A stretch of 64,000 bases of DNA from Paramecium tetraurelia (GCA_000165425.1 CT868030.1:248001-312000), one strand, 5' to 3'. Positions 34,660-50,900 are shown, numbered from the stretch's first letter. The notes: a model not told the origin generated them from the sequence alone. Translations and numbers: made by a program.

Positions 34660-35895
34660 ATGGAATTGAAATACCTGAATAAATTTGTAGAAGATTTCAA
34701 CCTCATCAAGAATGATAAATTAATTTAAATACCTTGTGATTCTTGGCATAGGGTTTGCAAAGCAAAAACTGGAAGATATAAATCAGGAAGCAATTAAATT
34801 ATTAGCGAGTAATTTTGATTATTATCTAGATTCATTCAAACAAAAGTCTATTCATTAAGAATTGAAAACTTTGAGGAATAAGGTTCTCTCTCTAGAGAAA
34901 CATATTCAACCAGAATAACAGATTAAATATCATAGTCAACCAAAATTAATACCTCCCAAAGTTACACCAAAAATCACTGAATAAATTCCACTTTAATAGA
35001 ATGTTAAAAAGGCAGTACCTTTTAAACATCACTTAGATGATTCAGAAATGTAAAATATATTGTGCTACTATTAAGCAAATCAATATTATGGAATCAATAT
35101 AATGAAAGTCATCACCATTAGAATACCAATAATGATTCTTAACATCAACCTCAAAGAAAGCTAACAATCGATTAGCAACCTATAATCCCTAAGTATTTAC
35201 CAAGAAACAACTCACAAACAGAAATTCATCCTTTATCATAGCGTGAAAACAGTGCCAGACAGGTTACTTAACGATCATCTCATCATTCAAGTCAATTTGA
35301 CAGTTTGCATAATCGAAATTCTCCAAAATTTAAAGGGGAAAAGAAAAAGAGCACACAAAAAGAGAATAAAACTTGCGGAGGCGTTGGAGTGCCTAAACAT
35401 CTGAGACAAGTGCAATCAAAAATAAAATCATAGATTCAGTATGACAAGGAACAATACAAATCGACTAACAGTTAGAAGGAAGAAGAATAAATTATTAATA
35501 TAGCCAATAGTTCCCTAAATCCATTCAATAATACTCCATAGAACAAATTGTTTTAGCCTTGCCAATCTACTCATTTTGGTAGTTGTTAAGTGTCAAGTGC
35601 TAAACTATAATAGTAGTAGATATAGATCTAGGATTTGAATAATATCACTGAAAGGAAAGCGTTTAATCTTGATTAAATAGCTTCTTCATTTTTGAATTCT
35701 CCATTCATGAAGAGTCAAATCTCATAAAGACTATTTGGGAAATAGGAATCAGCCTCATAATCATCATCATCTAGTACGTTCTCACTATTTAATCCAAATA
35801 ATGAACTAAAAAGTATTGATATTGTTTATATGTTATTAGACTTCTTTTAGTAATTAGACAAACAAGTAGGAAACTCTTTATCCTTTTAGTTTTGA
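34660..35895 (+). CDS. Hypothetical low-complexity protein
   Basis: ATG at 34660, Gln/Ser-rich frame, at least one intron near 35812-35840; internal structure not fully resolved. Confidence 0.55.
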
Positions 35896-36012
35896 TTGAT
35901 TTATTTTAGACATGTTAATAATTGTTGTATTAATTAGATATTCGTTAAATCGATGACAGATGGTTGCCCATATTATAACATTTTTTAAGATATTTATATA
36001 GGAATTATAATT

Positions 36013-38900
36013 ATGAATCTTTTGAAGTTTCTTTATGGAGAATCGTCGAAGTAAGAAGCGAATTAGAAGATATAGAAACATATATTTTACTCAAATGATG
36101 ATGAATATCAAGGAGAGGTTATGAACGATAAACGTCATGGGAAAGGAACTTATAAATTTGCGTCAGGGAATCGTTACGAAGGGTAGTGGAAGAATCATCA
36201 GAAGCATGGAAAAGGCAAGCTCTACTATAAGAATGGGGAACTGTACATAGGGGATTGGGTTGAGAATAAGAAGTGCGGAGAAGGAATGCATTTTTATATA
36301 AATGGGGATAGATATGTTGGAGAATGGAAGGATGATTAGAGGGATGGTACAGGAACTTTATATTAGGCTGATTAAAATATATTCCATGGTATTAGAAGAT
36401 AGATTATGCAGGATAGTTTAGAATGAATAAAAAGTATGGAACTGGCTATTACTTTAACACTCGTGAGAAGAAATATTACAAATAGCATCACGAATCTGAC
36501 AATATCTTAGATAGTGTGTAGATTGAAGATGTTCCAACATATGTGCTTGAAAAATTCCATATAAAACCAGAAAGGCACCATGTTGAGAGTGAGAAGAGTG
36601 AAGATTGCACCATTAAAATAGAGGCTAGTCCTACAGTGTAGAATGATAGCGATAAACAAAAAGATCTACAACCAAGTGGTTAGAGCGGTTAAGGGGAATC
36701 TGATCCTTAATTAAAAGATGAAGGTAAATCTTAATTAAATTCTCTTGGCAACTCTTAATAACATGGATTTTTGAGTTTATAAGTATTGGAGAAGTTGGAA
36801 GAGTTTGAGAGTTAAAAACATAGTAAAATTATTGAAATATATTAAAAATATAGTGTAGGAATGGTAATTAGAAGAAGTTTGTACTTGGTTAGATACATTA
36901 TAATTAGGTGAATATAAAGATGAATTTATTAAGAACTAAATGACAGGCAAAACTCTCTATGCATTAAACGATAATGATTTAAAGTAAGACTTGGGAATAT
37001 CAGTATTGGGACATCGAAAGAAGATTTTGCAGTCAATAGAAGAATACAAGAAATACTATGTGAAATTTATGGGAGGGAGAGTTCGAATGAAGAAGCCATT
37101 GGAATCTTTGGAAGAAAGAAAAGGACTATACAATTCTATAGAGCATTAGAGATTCAAAAGCATCTTTTCATATATGGAGAAGATAGAAGAGGAGCAAAAT
37201 GAACATCATGACAACAATAAAAGTGAATCAAGTAGTGATTCCCCAAGTGCAAACAAGAGAAAGAGGAATGCCAAAGATATTCCTAAGTCTCCTACTAGAT
37301 CTATCTCAAATGATTCAGATTAAGGAAATTTGAGTGATAACAATATGTCTTTGAAATTAAAAAAACAAAAAAGTAAAAGGTAAAAAAAGCATTTGAGAAA
37401 ATAAACTACAGATTTATAGAAATCTGGAGAATCTGCAGATGATGAAGATGGTAAATAACATCTAAGCTCACCTATTTGTAATTGATATTTATAAATATTT
37501 TTAGAATCTCCAAATAAAGTTAGTAATAATGTAAGTGATTAAAAGATTGAGATTCTGGTGTTGAATGAATGTCCAAATGTTGGAGAAGAGAACAAGGAGA
37601 AAGATATTTATGGAGTGAATGAATTGTCTAGATAATCAACCAATAAACAACATGATATATCAGAATTCACATCATCTAAAAGTCCTCCTCAGATAATTAA
37701 TAATAATGATGAAAACATTACTTAATTGGATAGATTATAATCTATTAATTTATAATTGCAAAGACAGAGATCAGAAGCAAACGGTAGCAAATTCTAGGAA
37801 TAAGATTCATCCAGCCAAGAATCTGATGTATCTGGAAATGATTCAAGTTCAGAATCATCAGATGAAGAGAAATATAAAAATCAGAAGAAATCCAGAAGAT
37901 TAAGAGAAATTAATAAGAAAGAAAAGGAGAAGGATGATAGACAATAACATCATTTACCTAAAAAACTACTTGTGATGTTAAAAGAGTTTGGAATCAATGA
38001 AAGAGTCCTAATAGTATTCCACGAATTAATTATTGGATAAGTTATTGGTGAAGGCGGTTATGGTGTTGTGCATAAAGGTAAGTGGCTTGGTTAAGATGTG
38101 GCCATCAAATCTTATGGAAAAAGAAAGTCTCAAGGAAATTTGAAATACAAATTATAAATGGCTGATTTCTTGAAGGAAGTAGAAGTGATTTCAAATCTAC
38201 GTCATCCAAACATAGTCTTGTATATGGGAGTGTGCATAAGAAAATAGAATTATTATTTGATTACTGAGTATCTGGAAGAAGGGAGTCTTTTTGATCATTT
38301 ACATAAAAAGAAGACACATATAGATCAAAAGGCTTTGATGCAAATAGTAGAAGACATTGCCTTGGGAATGAATTATCTTCATGGCAGAAAGGTTATGCAT
38401 TGTGATCTCAAATCTTCCAATGTCCTTATAGATTAAAATTGGAATGTTAAGTTATGTGATTTTGGTTTGTCTAGAATCAATAAGAAAATAGATCATAAAG
38501 TAAACAAAGGAGCGAGAATAGGCACTCCTAATTGGATGGCTCCAGAAATCATGCGAGGAGAACCCTATCAAGAAAAAGCTGATGTCTATAGTTTCGGAAT
38601 GATTCTATGGGAAATCATTACTTAATAAATACCATATGAAGGTTTATCACAAACTTAAATTATTGGTACTGTTGGATATGGGCAGGATTAAGTTCTTATT
38701 CCTTCAAATAGCAATCCTTCAATTTTACTTTAACTAGCCAAAAAATGTTTGAAAAAGAGTCCTCACGAAAGGCCTACTTTTGCAGACATTGTTAATGAAA
38801 TTCAAATGGGATAAAAAACTGATGCTAAACTTAAAAGTAATTTCTATTTTATTTAATTATAGAACAAGCTATAAGATAGCTTATAGACTTTTTTGAATGA
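36013..38900 (+). CDS. MORN-repeat + SAM + tyrosine-kinase-like (TKL) protein kinase
   Basis: [18 protein letters not shown] repeats; [52 protein letters not shown]. Confidence 0.93.
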
Positions 38901-38931
38901 TCAGAAGAATGAAAAACATTAATAATATTAT

Positions 38932-41900
38932 TCAAATTTATTTGATAAGTATTTCCTTTAAATTTCTTTCCAAATACCCATCTCTCAAGAAAATTTGAAG
39001 TGGTATAAAGTACACAATCCGCTTTAACAGTTGATATTAATCAAACAAATATTTTGGGTATAATAGTATTAAAGCTAAAATCGTAATGCTGCAAAACACC
39101 AAATAACATATTGAGACATTCTAAATTATAGAGAACATTTACATTCAGCTTTTTCAATGTTTCTTCTGTTATTTCCTTGAAGCTACTCTTAAAACTATTT
39201 GAGAGTGCAAAAAACGCTCTTGTGATTATTTAAGATCCCTCCAATTCATACTTATGCATTTCTACTCTTTTAGTAAAATTGTTTATTTGCTGCTGGGTTT
39301 TAACTTAATTGTAAAGATAACTTAGAGTAGGGACAATCCCTTTCGAGAGTATACCTTCAAAAGCCAAAATACAATATTGGTCCATTAATGGTTTAAATTT
39401 CTAATTTTTAATAGTTTATTATTTATACTTCATCAACTTATGAACACATCTCGTTAACTTAAACAAATTCTAATAAATCTATGAAATTTTAGGTTAGTAA
39501 ATAATCATCGTAATGAATTGTTTCAATCAAGGAATTAAACTCTTATAACACATTTTAAGATCTATTTAATAAAATATATAAATTGTCTTAATCTGATGTC
39601 GTTAGAAACGGATAGCTGGTGAAACGAAAAAATAATTCTCGATAAAGAAATCCATTGCCTCCTCGAAATTTCAAATCTTAAATCAACTTAAAGAAATCCA
39701 TTGTAACATTGTACTTGGTTAAATATTATTAAGCCAAGAAAAACACTATTATTCCATAAATTATTATTAAGAGCAAGAAAGTTATATTTGCTATGTTGTA
39801 TTTATATTATGGAAATCGCTAGCCATATTTATGATACATTAATTAATTCTATTTAGCATTTTCATTTAATGTTTATGCTTTGATTACCACAATATATTCC
39901 TTCTCTAAATGGAATTCTTCAAGCATATTTCCTGAAATGATATTTAATAATATCTTCTATCTTTATATTTCATGAAGAATAACCTCGTCTGTGTTATGTC
40001 TTAGTAATCCAATAATTAGATCATATGAAGCAAAGTATTTCTTTTGGTAATAAAATACAATCGATAACATCAAAATAAAAACAAAAACAAAGCAAGTCAA
40101 TAGAATAGACCACTTTATATAAATTTAATTGCATTTCTATTCAGAATATATTTTTATTTCATTCGTCAAACTTTCACAAGTATTTTACATTACCAAATAA
40201 TTTGCAATTAAAAATACTTAAAATGGTTGACCAGCAATGGCTCTATTGAACTAATAAGCAGCTAATTATTATTGTTAATATTAAAGCATAATGAATAGGT
40301 TATCTCTGAATGTAACTTCTTATGAATATATAACAGAAGAATTTTACCCCATGAACCAAACAGGGATGTTCACATCATTCAAAAATTAAGCCAAATAAGG
40401 ATTCGTTAATTGTGTGTAAAAATTATCCTGTAATTCTTAATAGCCTTAGGGTAGATACTATAGAAAAGGAGTGGAAAGAAGTTAAAGTTCTTTAGCATTA
40501 ATAAAGCCTTCTCTATATTGTATTTAATAGGATGTTACAGTTATTCTCATTGAAAAGAAGAGATCATGAGGACCCATAATACTTGCATGCAATTGCAACA
40601 TTTCAATTTATTCAATCAAGATATTCAAATCTTTATTGAATTCATCCATTATAAAAATTGGAATAACTAGAAAAGACATTAAAAGTAAGAAAGTGTAGAT
40701 TAAAAAATGAAATACGTATTTTGGTTTTGAATTTTACATAATTCTATGAACGATGTCATATTTTTTCCATAAAGTGTCTTTGGACATATCATTCAAAGTC
40801 TTAGTCTTTTATTATTTTACTTATTTTTTTGTAAATTAAGAAACTATTAATTCATACGAGGAACAGTCTTTCATTTGATCATCATGATAGAAATATTCTT
40901 ATTAGTTGTCTTTATTGGAGTGTAACAATTCTTTAAACTCATTGACTTCATGTTTATCTTAAATATTAGGATTTGTGATACAAATTCTACCTGGACTTAA
41001 GATGTCATCTTAAATTTGATCACTGATATAATTAGAGAATAACTTTAGGTTTCTTTACATTTATTTGGATGAGTCTTTGACTTATTTTTAAAATTCTTCA
41101 AATATTTGATTTCTGTTTTATAATTCTAATTCATTTATTTCACTATCGAAATCACCTTCATTAGGAATATTTGATCTCTACCTATTAGTTGTATTTTCTA
41201 ATAGGCTTTCAACATTTTATTATTTTTGAATATAGGATACATGCATTACATAATAGACATAATTAGAAATTTATCTTTTTCTGATGGTGAGATCACAAAA
41301 ATATTTAATATTTTAGATAGTGTTGGATCTAAAATAGCTATTTCGAATATTTTTGAGTGATTGAAAATCATACTGTTTTTATGATAATTTATCAGGAGGC
41401 TTAGGAAAGATTAATTCGATTTGACTAAGAGAGGTTTCTGTTAATTTTATAAGAGATTCAAGAATATCTAAGAAATCTGGCATTATACTTTCGATAGCAA
41501 TCTTATTGATATCATAATTAACTTTGAACCATTAAATCTATTCAGAAGTCCATCCAATCTAATTAAGGATACTCTTTGTAAATAAGCATTAATGTTTAAC
41601 CCCATCAACTAAAATAAACATTAAGTCTTCTGTTGGAGGTTAAAAAAAGGCTGAAAATGTTAGATTTGATTTAACAAATAATTCAGTTACGTCAACATTA
41701 AGATAGATGGCCTAAATAAATTAATCTTTAGCAACTATAAAATTAATATCGAATATTTTAAAGAATTTACATTATCCACTTTCTAAGAACTGACCAACAA
41801 AATGATGATGGTAATTAACCACTGCTAATGGAATCAGGTCTTCAAATTGATAGGTTTCTCCTTTATTTCTATATATGCCGAAGCGATCGAATAGTTAATT

Positions 41901-43979
41901 TGAATGAGTTTAAATATTAAAATGTTACATGTCGTCTTGCAACATCATGATTAAATAATAAATCTCCTTAGAATTTACATTGAAATTCTTAATCTTTAGA
42001 AATTTCAATTATCTTTCATCTAAGAATTTCTGACTCCTTGAAAATTGCATTGCCTTCTCATAATCATTTTAAATAAAACAATAAAATACATTCAAGGCTT
42101 GATGTAACACATAACTTGGATGAATATTGTACATTTCAATAATCTTTGATTCCCCCTAATTAAACTATTAACATTTATCCATCAAACCAATATAACTTTT
42201 TTGATTATCCCAAAAATTTATTTTTTTATCATCTGATTTAATTTTCATCATTTCTTCATAAAACTTTACCTTCTGTTTAGCTAAATTAATAATGATGGTA
42301 ATAGCCTATTAAACTTAAACTTCATTTAATAAATATTAAGTCACAAAATCTGAGGTAATTGATTGTTGCTAAACATATTCATCTGTTCCAAAATTCTTTT
42401 ATATTGTTCTTCTTGCTTCCTCTAAAGTTACTGATATAAAAATTGACTCAAGCATACTAAATTTAATTTAATTTAGCAAGATGTTGATTTAGAATTACAT
42501 GTTTGCATCAATATTTTAAGGTTGAGACAAATTTGTTTAATTGTCTCCAGTCACATAATGGCTATTTTTATCTGAATACGAATTGCTTTAAGGTAAAGTA
42601 CCTATATGGTTTTTCAATCCTTTCTAATTTGATTATTGTGCTTATTAAACATATTTTAATTAATGTAAATACTATAATGATTGCATTATCCATCCAAAGT
42701 CATATAATAGGAAAACATAATTAAGGAACCTTCTTTTTGATTTTTTGCAACTTTTTTAATCAGTAAAATTTAATTTTAAGGACTCCTTCAAAAGAATCAT
42801 CAATCTTGACTATATGAACTCCTTAAAAATGTCTATGGTAATCCCTTATGCCGATCTTGTGTCTAAAATAAATTGATGTCCACAAATTGAACATGATAGA
42901 TTTGAACATCTCTTATAATGATATTATTGAATAAGGGATCTTTAAACAATGCAAAATTCGAAATTTTATTCATTCAAAATACTTGTAATATGGTAAATGA
43001 ATCTTTTCGGTTATGGAATTTCATCATTGAATAATGTAACCAAATTTTACTTTTAGTCTATTTGATAATATTTATATAGTATTTAAAATACAATAGGAGT
43101 TAAAACAAGAGTCTAGAATATCACTCTTGACCCATATTTCTCTTACAATTCTATTATTTCTATTAAAAAATTAACCACAATAGAAAACGATATTCCACAG
43201 AGTAGCACTTTAATTAATTTTACATTCACAAAAACATAATTTGCGAATTGATCAAAAAGATCGAGACAGCATTTTAATATTGATAATCCTATTAGTAGAT
43301 GTAAAGTTGAAGGTTAATCCTTTTGAAATACATAAAGAAACTAAACAATAAATTCTATGATCAAAGATATGTATCTATAAGTGCTTATATTCTTTCTTTC
43401 CAATCCCTATATTTTCATAGTAATTGGTTTCTCCATCACCTTTATATGTAAAATATTATCTAAAACTACCAATATCAAAGTCAATAAAACTAAAAATATT
43501 AGAAACAAGTTTAAAAATTATTGATTAATAACAACCTCATCAAAAAGATTTTTAATACTGCATACACAAATTAATACACACCATTAATAGAGTATTAAGG
43601 ATATTATTTATTAGTAGAGGCTTAAAATGAAAATAGGAATCTTGATATAAAAATTATTTTGTAAATGTGCTAACAGATTGTCTTGGTTTAGAATATAATA
43701 ATACAATATAACTATGATTATGAGTTTTGCTTTTTAATACAACATTATCACAAGCACAATTATAAACAGTAGAGATTATTATTCATTTCCTTTCTCTATT
43801 AACCACATATCAGGTCTAATAAAACTCTTTACTATTTGAAAATGAATAGATTCTTTCTTAGTGTTTTCACTTAATCTCAAATCCAATGTCAAAATTAGTA
43901 GTTGAATGTAAGGTATCACTATTATAATAGCTGATGCTAATCTCGTTAACTAATGTTATTTCTTTAGTATAATCATCAT
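38932..43979 (-). CDS. Large multi-pass membrane protein with PAS-like region (ciliate-expanded family)
   Basis: N-terminal TM cluster; PAS-like FEDLIPLAVVNYHHHFVGQFLESG near 41780-41850; further TMs; C-terminal LLKRIVYFIPLQIF. Frame continuity not checked throughout. Confidence 0.65.
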
Positions 43980-44981
43980 TGTAATATATTATTCAATAAA
44001 TGTTAATCCTTTCTTCTGAGAAGCCAAAAACATGTATATTTATTGAATTAAAAAGGCTCTTTAATTAAAAAAATATTTTATAAAAATTCTTTAGTCACAC
44101 AAAATAGACCCAAATAGGGTATGCATTTATATTTGTATTCATAAATAATATGTAATCTTAACTTGATTTATAAAAATTTCTATCTGAATATTAGAATTTA
44201 ATTTTATAAAAATATATGAAAAAAGTGGTTTTTTTTTATTTAAATTCTTGAATAACATCTTATTAAACACCTAATTTCTGAAATTTCAAATATAAAATAA
44301 TTATATATTGTATATTAGAATCTTCCTTTCTTATTTAATCAAAAATAGACTAAAAATATTAAGTAGAAATGCGTTTTGTAGATATTTTTTGAATTTAGAA
44401 TTCTTCAAATATCCTAATAATATTGTACATAATTGATGTAAATCAGTCCAAAATGAAAAACGAAAATCATATACTAATTTCTGATATTTTAAAAATATAT
44501 AGATAAATGAATTAAATAAAAGTAAATACTACTTAATGAATGACTATTAAATTTATTTATTCTATCAAATGACAAATGATTCCTAATTTAGTGATTAATT
44601 TTTGTGTCTTTGACTCCAATATTACTATTCTGTATTGTAATATGTTATACACAGTTGCCAATATTAGCAAATATTAAAAGTGATTGATTAATATTGTTTT
44701 ATCACATCAGTTTTAAAATCAAATTTATTATTTTGAATGGTTCAAAGAATAGTATTTATAAATAAGATATACCAATCATTAATTAGTAAAAGACAACAAT
44801 ATTAATTATTGATAATGAAGTAATAAAATAATTTAATCAAAATGTATTAAGTCATCTTGATTTTAAAAAGTACAGATAAAATATGAATGAGTAATTTTGA
44901 TTTAATTTATTTATAAAATTTTTGATTTTGTTCTAATACGAATGAGATAATATTTGAATAGATCATTTTATATTAAGAAGG

Positions 44982-47900
44982 ATGTATCAAAAGAAGAGAC
45001 CAGAAAGAAATAAGTAGTTAGATAAAAGTCAATGGCATGCCTTAGAGTTATCTGCTATTAAGATGCCACCTTTAACAAATAAAACAATTGCACTATCTGA
45101 TTAAAAATAGGAACCAAAATTTACAATTTCAAGATTTTCAAAAGCAAAATACTTGAGAAATGATCTTTTAGATACAACTTTCTAATAAATTTATGAGTAA
45201 GGAAGGGTGGAGGAAAAGATGAATTAGTTATTGACTATAGAGTAATACTTTATATCCTAAGGCTTTGATTTTTCAATTTAAATTCATAAGAATGTGTATT
45301 TGCCAATAGAAAAATTTGAGGATGAGACACTACAGAAATATTCTAATGAATAAGTTATCTAAATGCTGAAGACTTAAAAAATTTAAATATTTGTGATGGA
45401 GTAGAATTCTTTGGGGGATTGGTTCTGGTATAGAGCTGAATTAATTGGATATTCTAAATTATTTCATTATCAAAGAAAGAATAGAGAAGGTAGATGTGCT
45501 AGAATTCACTTTATAATGGATTTTGAAGACAAGTAATTGTATATTAAGAAGTTAAAATAAGCATTTTATCTCAGGGACTAGATGGATAGATATCTAAAAT
45601 TTAATTGTTATGTTGAGAATATGCCAACAAACGATTTAATTTAATTAAACTCTGAATAGAGAAAGAGAATTAAAAAAAGGTTAGGATTTGAATTTCCATC
45701 ATCATTAATAAAAAAAGAATTTATTGAAGTAAACATATTGAATTTGAAAACACAAAATGAAATCATTTTCATCCATTTCTTAAAAAATAGTGAAACTAAT
45801 AAAAAATTGAAAGATCTATTAGAAATATTTAACAATCAATACAAAAAACCTTAAATTTCTATTAGAAACATAATATAGAATTAGTTCATATATTCCGAAG
45901 GGATTATGATTTAATAGATAAAAACCTCATTTCAAATATTGAGACAATCCTACTTTTTGGCATCTATTTCTAATATTAAACCTATTTAAAAATGTTTATA
46001 ATATTTAAGCAATCAAATTGCTGATTTATTATAATTAGAACTATTTGTATATCAATAATAACCATTTGAAAAATATAAGTTTTCATAAGAAATGCATATG
46101 AAAACGGTCTTGTCGAGCATTAAAATTAAATGGGCTTAAGAAATCATTGAATTTTTTAGAATAAATTTATAAATCTAAAATAAAAAAAGCTTGATACTTA
46201 CATAAATTTAATTGGATAGATTATTTCAATTGATTAGAATGAGATTACAAGATGCATTGCATAATTTTTTGAAGATTAATTTTGAAAAATTCATTTATTA
46301 CTTAAATTAACATACTCCTGAAGATGTATAAATTTAATCCTATTCTTAAGTTCATAATATTTATACTAACTAATATGCAATATTAAAGCCCCTATATACT
46401 ATTTAAATTTAGTTTAAAGCTAATGAAATTTGTTATTCCATCAACCCCCTACAATTCAAAGATATAATTATTGGATTCTTTGAGCAAATCTATGAAGCTA
46501 TTGCAGATATACCTGATCCGGAAACTAGGTTAATTGAATATTTTCAGAAAGAGTTTTTATATGAAATGAATGGAAACTTAAAAGCCCCTGAAAAAGAATA
46601 ATCAGTAAATTTTATCATTCTATTCTTATTAGTATATTGATGCAATTGAAAATTTAGCTAATAAAGTGAGAAAGTCCCTTTTTGATTATTTGAAATAATT
46701 TTAAAGCTTATAAAAGTTATGGAACTCAAAGTCATTTGAAATAAATTTAGCTGAAACTCTCATTCTTGATAACAGAGAGGATATGAAATTAATTGACTAG
46801 ATTCCAGATTTTATTGAAGTAGGAGCATTTTTAATAATAATATCAGAAATGAAAAATTAATTTTATTAATTATTAAGGAAAAGAGAATAGAATTATATTG
46901 AGTAATTGTCATTGTATCATAAAGAAGATTGTATGAGATTACTAAATGAATTTGCTAATTTAGAATTGAAGATAATTGAAAAACCTTAAAATATTGAATA
47001 GTTAGTAGAGAAAAGAGAATTTCTTGAGGATGATTTCCCTTAAAAATTGGGGTTATTACAATAGGAAGTCTCAAAAAACAAATTCTATTTTGATCTGTTA
47101 AATTCAGTTATTGAATGTTAAAATATTGTTTATATAAACTTCTATCCTATAAGAAGAGAGGATACTCATAAATATTATCGACTGTTAATTTAAGAATAAT
47201 AGCTGCTGAAATTAGCAAAGAGTCAGAAGTAACTATTGGAAAATTAAAAAGAGGAGATATTTCAGATTTAAGCTCATGAATAATCAAAGTTCAAAAAGAA
47301 AATTAAATAACTTTAATAGTAAGTGTATAAATTCCAAGAATACTATTAATTGGAACAAAGTAAGATCGCAGAAGAAGAGATGATTACCATCAATAACTAA
47401 TTTTAATAGTACTCAGAGGAGGCATAAAGATTCAATAAGAGAGAATAATTGTTTGGTTTAGAATAAACTAATTATGAAATTCTGTTATAATTGCAATGCG
47501 AATATAAACCATTTGAAGTAGTTTGGAGAGTGAATTCAATTTGGTAATATTAGAATGTTAAATGGTTAAATGATTCTTTGAATATAGTAGATTATTAGGG
47601 ATGTGAATAGTTTTTTAATTAAGATTATAAGTAATTCATATAAGTAGTAGATAAAATATAAGGTTCAGAAATATTCACTTTGTGGAAAAACTTAAAAAAA
47701 GAAATAGATTTATTTTAAATGTATGTTCCAATATTGCTGTCGTTAACGAAGAATGGATTAAGGGATAGACACTTTAATTATTTGGGATAATTATTAAATA
47801 TTTAGGATGATTAATTTAAAAATTATATCTCTTTATAAAAATTGATTGATTTAAAAATAATTGATTATTCGGAGGAATGTATAGAATTAGGATTGAAAGC

Positions 47901-50900
47901 GTAGGAGGAGTTTGGTATTGAGCAAGTTTTAAAATAGATAACTGATATTTGGAGTGAATATAGATTTAATTCAATTTTAGTGAAGGGAGTATAAATTTTT
48001 AAGAAGATAGATGTAGTTTAAGCATTAGTTGATGATCACTTGATTTCATTGGAATTAATGATGAAACAGAAGAATAATAATTTTTTCATTTAGGAAATAA
48101 ATACTTTATACGAAGATTTGAGACGTATATCAACATACTTGGAAGAATGGAATAAGACTTAAACATAGATTGTGTATATGTAGCCAATTTTTGATTCTGG
48201 AGATATTTTGAAGCAACTTCCTGTTGAATATAAAAAGTATAGACAAATAGATAAGTTGTATAAGGAGACAATTGGGTTTTCTGATAAAGTGATTGAGTTT
48301 GGATAGCAAGATGTACATAAGGTGAAGTAGATTAATAATTTATTGGATCAAATACATAAGGAATTGGGGAATTATTTGGAAAGAAAGAAGGAGAAGTTTA
48401 GTAGATTCTACTTCATTTCAAACGAAGAAATCTTAGAAATTCTATCGAATGGATAGGATTTCGTATTTTTGTAGAAGTATCTTTACAAGTTGTTTGAGAA
48501 TGTAGTTAATTTGAAGATGAATAAAAATAATTATATTTATGCTCTTTAAACAAAGGATAGCGAACTGAAATTATAAGAGAAGGTAGACACAAATAATAAA
48601 TGTATAGAAGATTGGTTATTGGAGGTAGAATAACAAATGAAGTAGAATGTGAAGAACTGTATTTTGAACAGGAATAATGAGTGTGGTAACTAAGTCACGA
48701 TGATCAATTTTGAATTAGATCACACAAATAGAGTTGAAGAAGATATGAAATAAGGAAGAGATCTAAGGATATATTTAATGGAATTGAAGGATAAATTACA
48801 TAATAAAAATTTAGATGTTGCCAATATCATATTATTGGCTCATCATGTAGAAGTATTAAAACAACTAATAGATTACAATTAATAATTGATTCCATTCTAT
48901 TGGAGTTTATAATTGAGATATTATATTAAGAATACCAATTGTTAAATTAATTCCTTGGAGGCTTCAATACAATATGGGTATGAATATCAAGGAAATATAG
49001 AGAGAATTATTATAACTCCATTAACAGAGAGGAGTTTGGTAATATTTTTGAATGCCTTACATTATAAACGAGGGGGAGCGGCTGTTGGCTAAACAGGCAC
49101 AGGAAAAACAGAAACTATAAAAGATTTGTGTAAAGCTGTAGGATATCGATGTATTCTGTTTAATTGCTCAGAATTAGTAGACTATGTTCTCATTTCATAA
49201 TTTATCAAAGGAATTTACACAAGTTAATGTTGGAGTTGTTTTGATGAATTCAATAGAATAACAGCTGAAGTATTATCAGTGGCTGCATCTAAACTAATGC
49301 AATATTAACCAGATGGGATATTCGTTACCATAAATCCTAATTATAAAGGAAGACATGAATTTCCTGATAACTTGAAATCTTATTTCAGAATGGCATCCAT
49401 GATCTCACCTAATGTCTAAATTATTTTGTCAACCATCTTGTCAATTTTTGGATTCAATGAACCATAAAAACTGACTACATAACTAATGTAATTGATTTCC
49501 ATTTCTAAAGATTTATTATCAAATCAACATCACTACGATTACAGTTTAAGAGCTTTAAAGAGTGTGGTAATGTTAGCTGGTTAATTATATAAACAATCTA
49601 ATGATCAAGATAACAATCAATAAAATTATATTCTAAAGGCCTTAAAATATGTATTTGAGCCTAAACTAATATAAAATGATCTAAATTTATTCCATTAATT
49701 ACTATTACAGTTTTATCCAGCTTAAGAAATCAAGTCTGTAGAAAGAGATGATTTTGGTAGTTTTATTGTTACTAGTATTTTGCAATAAAAAGTATCAGAA
49801 CTTAAATAAATACTTAAACTAAGACATGGTATTATGATTGTAGGTCCTGCAGGTTCAGGAAAGAGCGCTTGTTTAGAAGTAACACTTAAATAAACAAGCA
49901 TGACTCATATTAGATTGTTTCCTAAAGCAATGAAGGTTTCTGAATTGTTTGGATGTCTAAATATAAGTACTTTAGAATGGGAAGAAGGAGTGTTACCAAG
50001 TCTCCTAAAATAGGAATAACAATAGGACATTTATATATTTGATGGGGCTGTAGAAACTGAATGGATTGAGACTATGAACTCCGCTTTAGATAATAGTAAG
50101 AGATTATGTTTAACGAATGGATGCATAATCAATCTGAATTGTTCTATGATTTTTGAAGTTGACAGTCTTAAAGGGGCAACTCCTTCAACTATATCCCGAT
50201 GTGGTATTCTATACATTTCAGATGATCCCTTGTTGGGATTGAAATAATTTATATCCAACAAATGCGATAAATAAGCATCCAAGTTTAATGAGATTATTGA
50301 AAAACTGAGATCTAAAATAATTCAATTAAAAATACCTTTGAGTTACTTTTCTAATCAATTGATTACAATTATAAAGGAAATATAAAATGAGTATCATAAT
50401 TTTAATCTTTAATTATTTGTGTATTGTTTAGCGTGGACCATATTGCCATAAGTAATAGAAAAGAATGAACGATCAAATATAAACCAATAGTTAATAAATC
50501 TAGGAAATATTATATGTGATAACTTATTAATTTATAATGAGTATAAAGAAGACATGAATAAATTTTAGCTTATTCATGTACCAACAATTTTAAAATTCAG
50601 TAATTTTGAAGATATTTATGTTCCGAAAATAGAGGATATGGCCTATTTAAAAATCTCATCATCTCTTTTAAATCAATCAAATATCAGATTTGAGGGTATA
50701 AGTGGGGCAGGTAAAACTAAACTTATAAATGAAATTCTACATAGCTTTTAATATATAAGGATCAACTGTTCTTCATCTACTAATTCATCAAACACATAAA
50801 TGACATTGGAATCAAACTTAGAAAGAAGAAGGAAAGGTGTATTTGGTCCTTAAATGGGTTAGAAATGCATAATAGTCTTGGATGATTTTCATATGCCTTA

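Noticed and set aside
38898..38903. TGATCA as abutting stop codons of convergent genes
   Set aside because: Frame check puts the minus-strand stop at 38932-38934, so the stops do not abut.
44040..44980. Long AT-rich spacer considered as a retained IES or transposon remnant
   Set aside because: No terminal inverted repeats or transposase similarity seen; TA-bounded IES ends cannot be called from AT-rich sequence alone.
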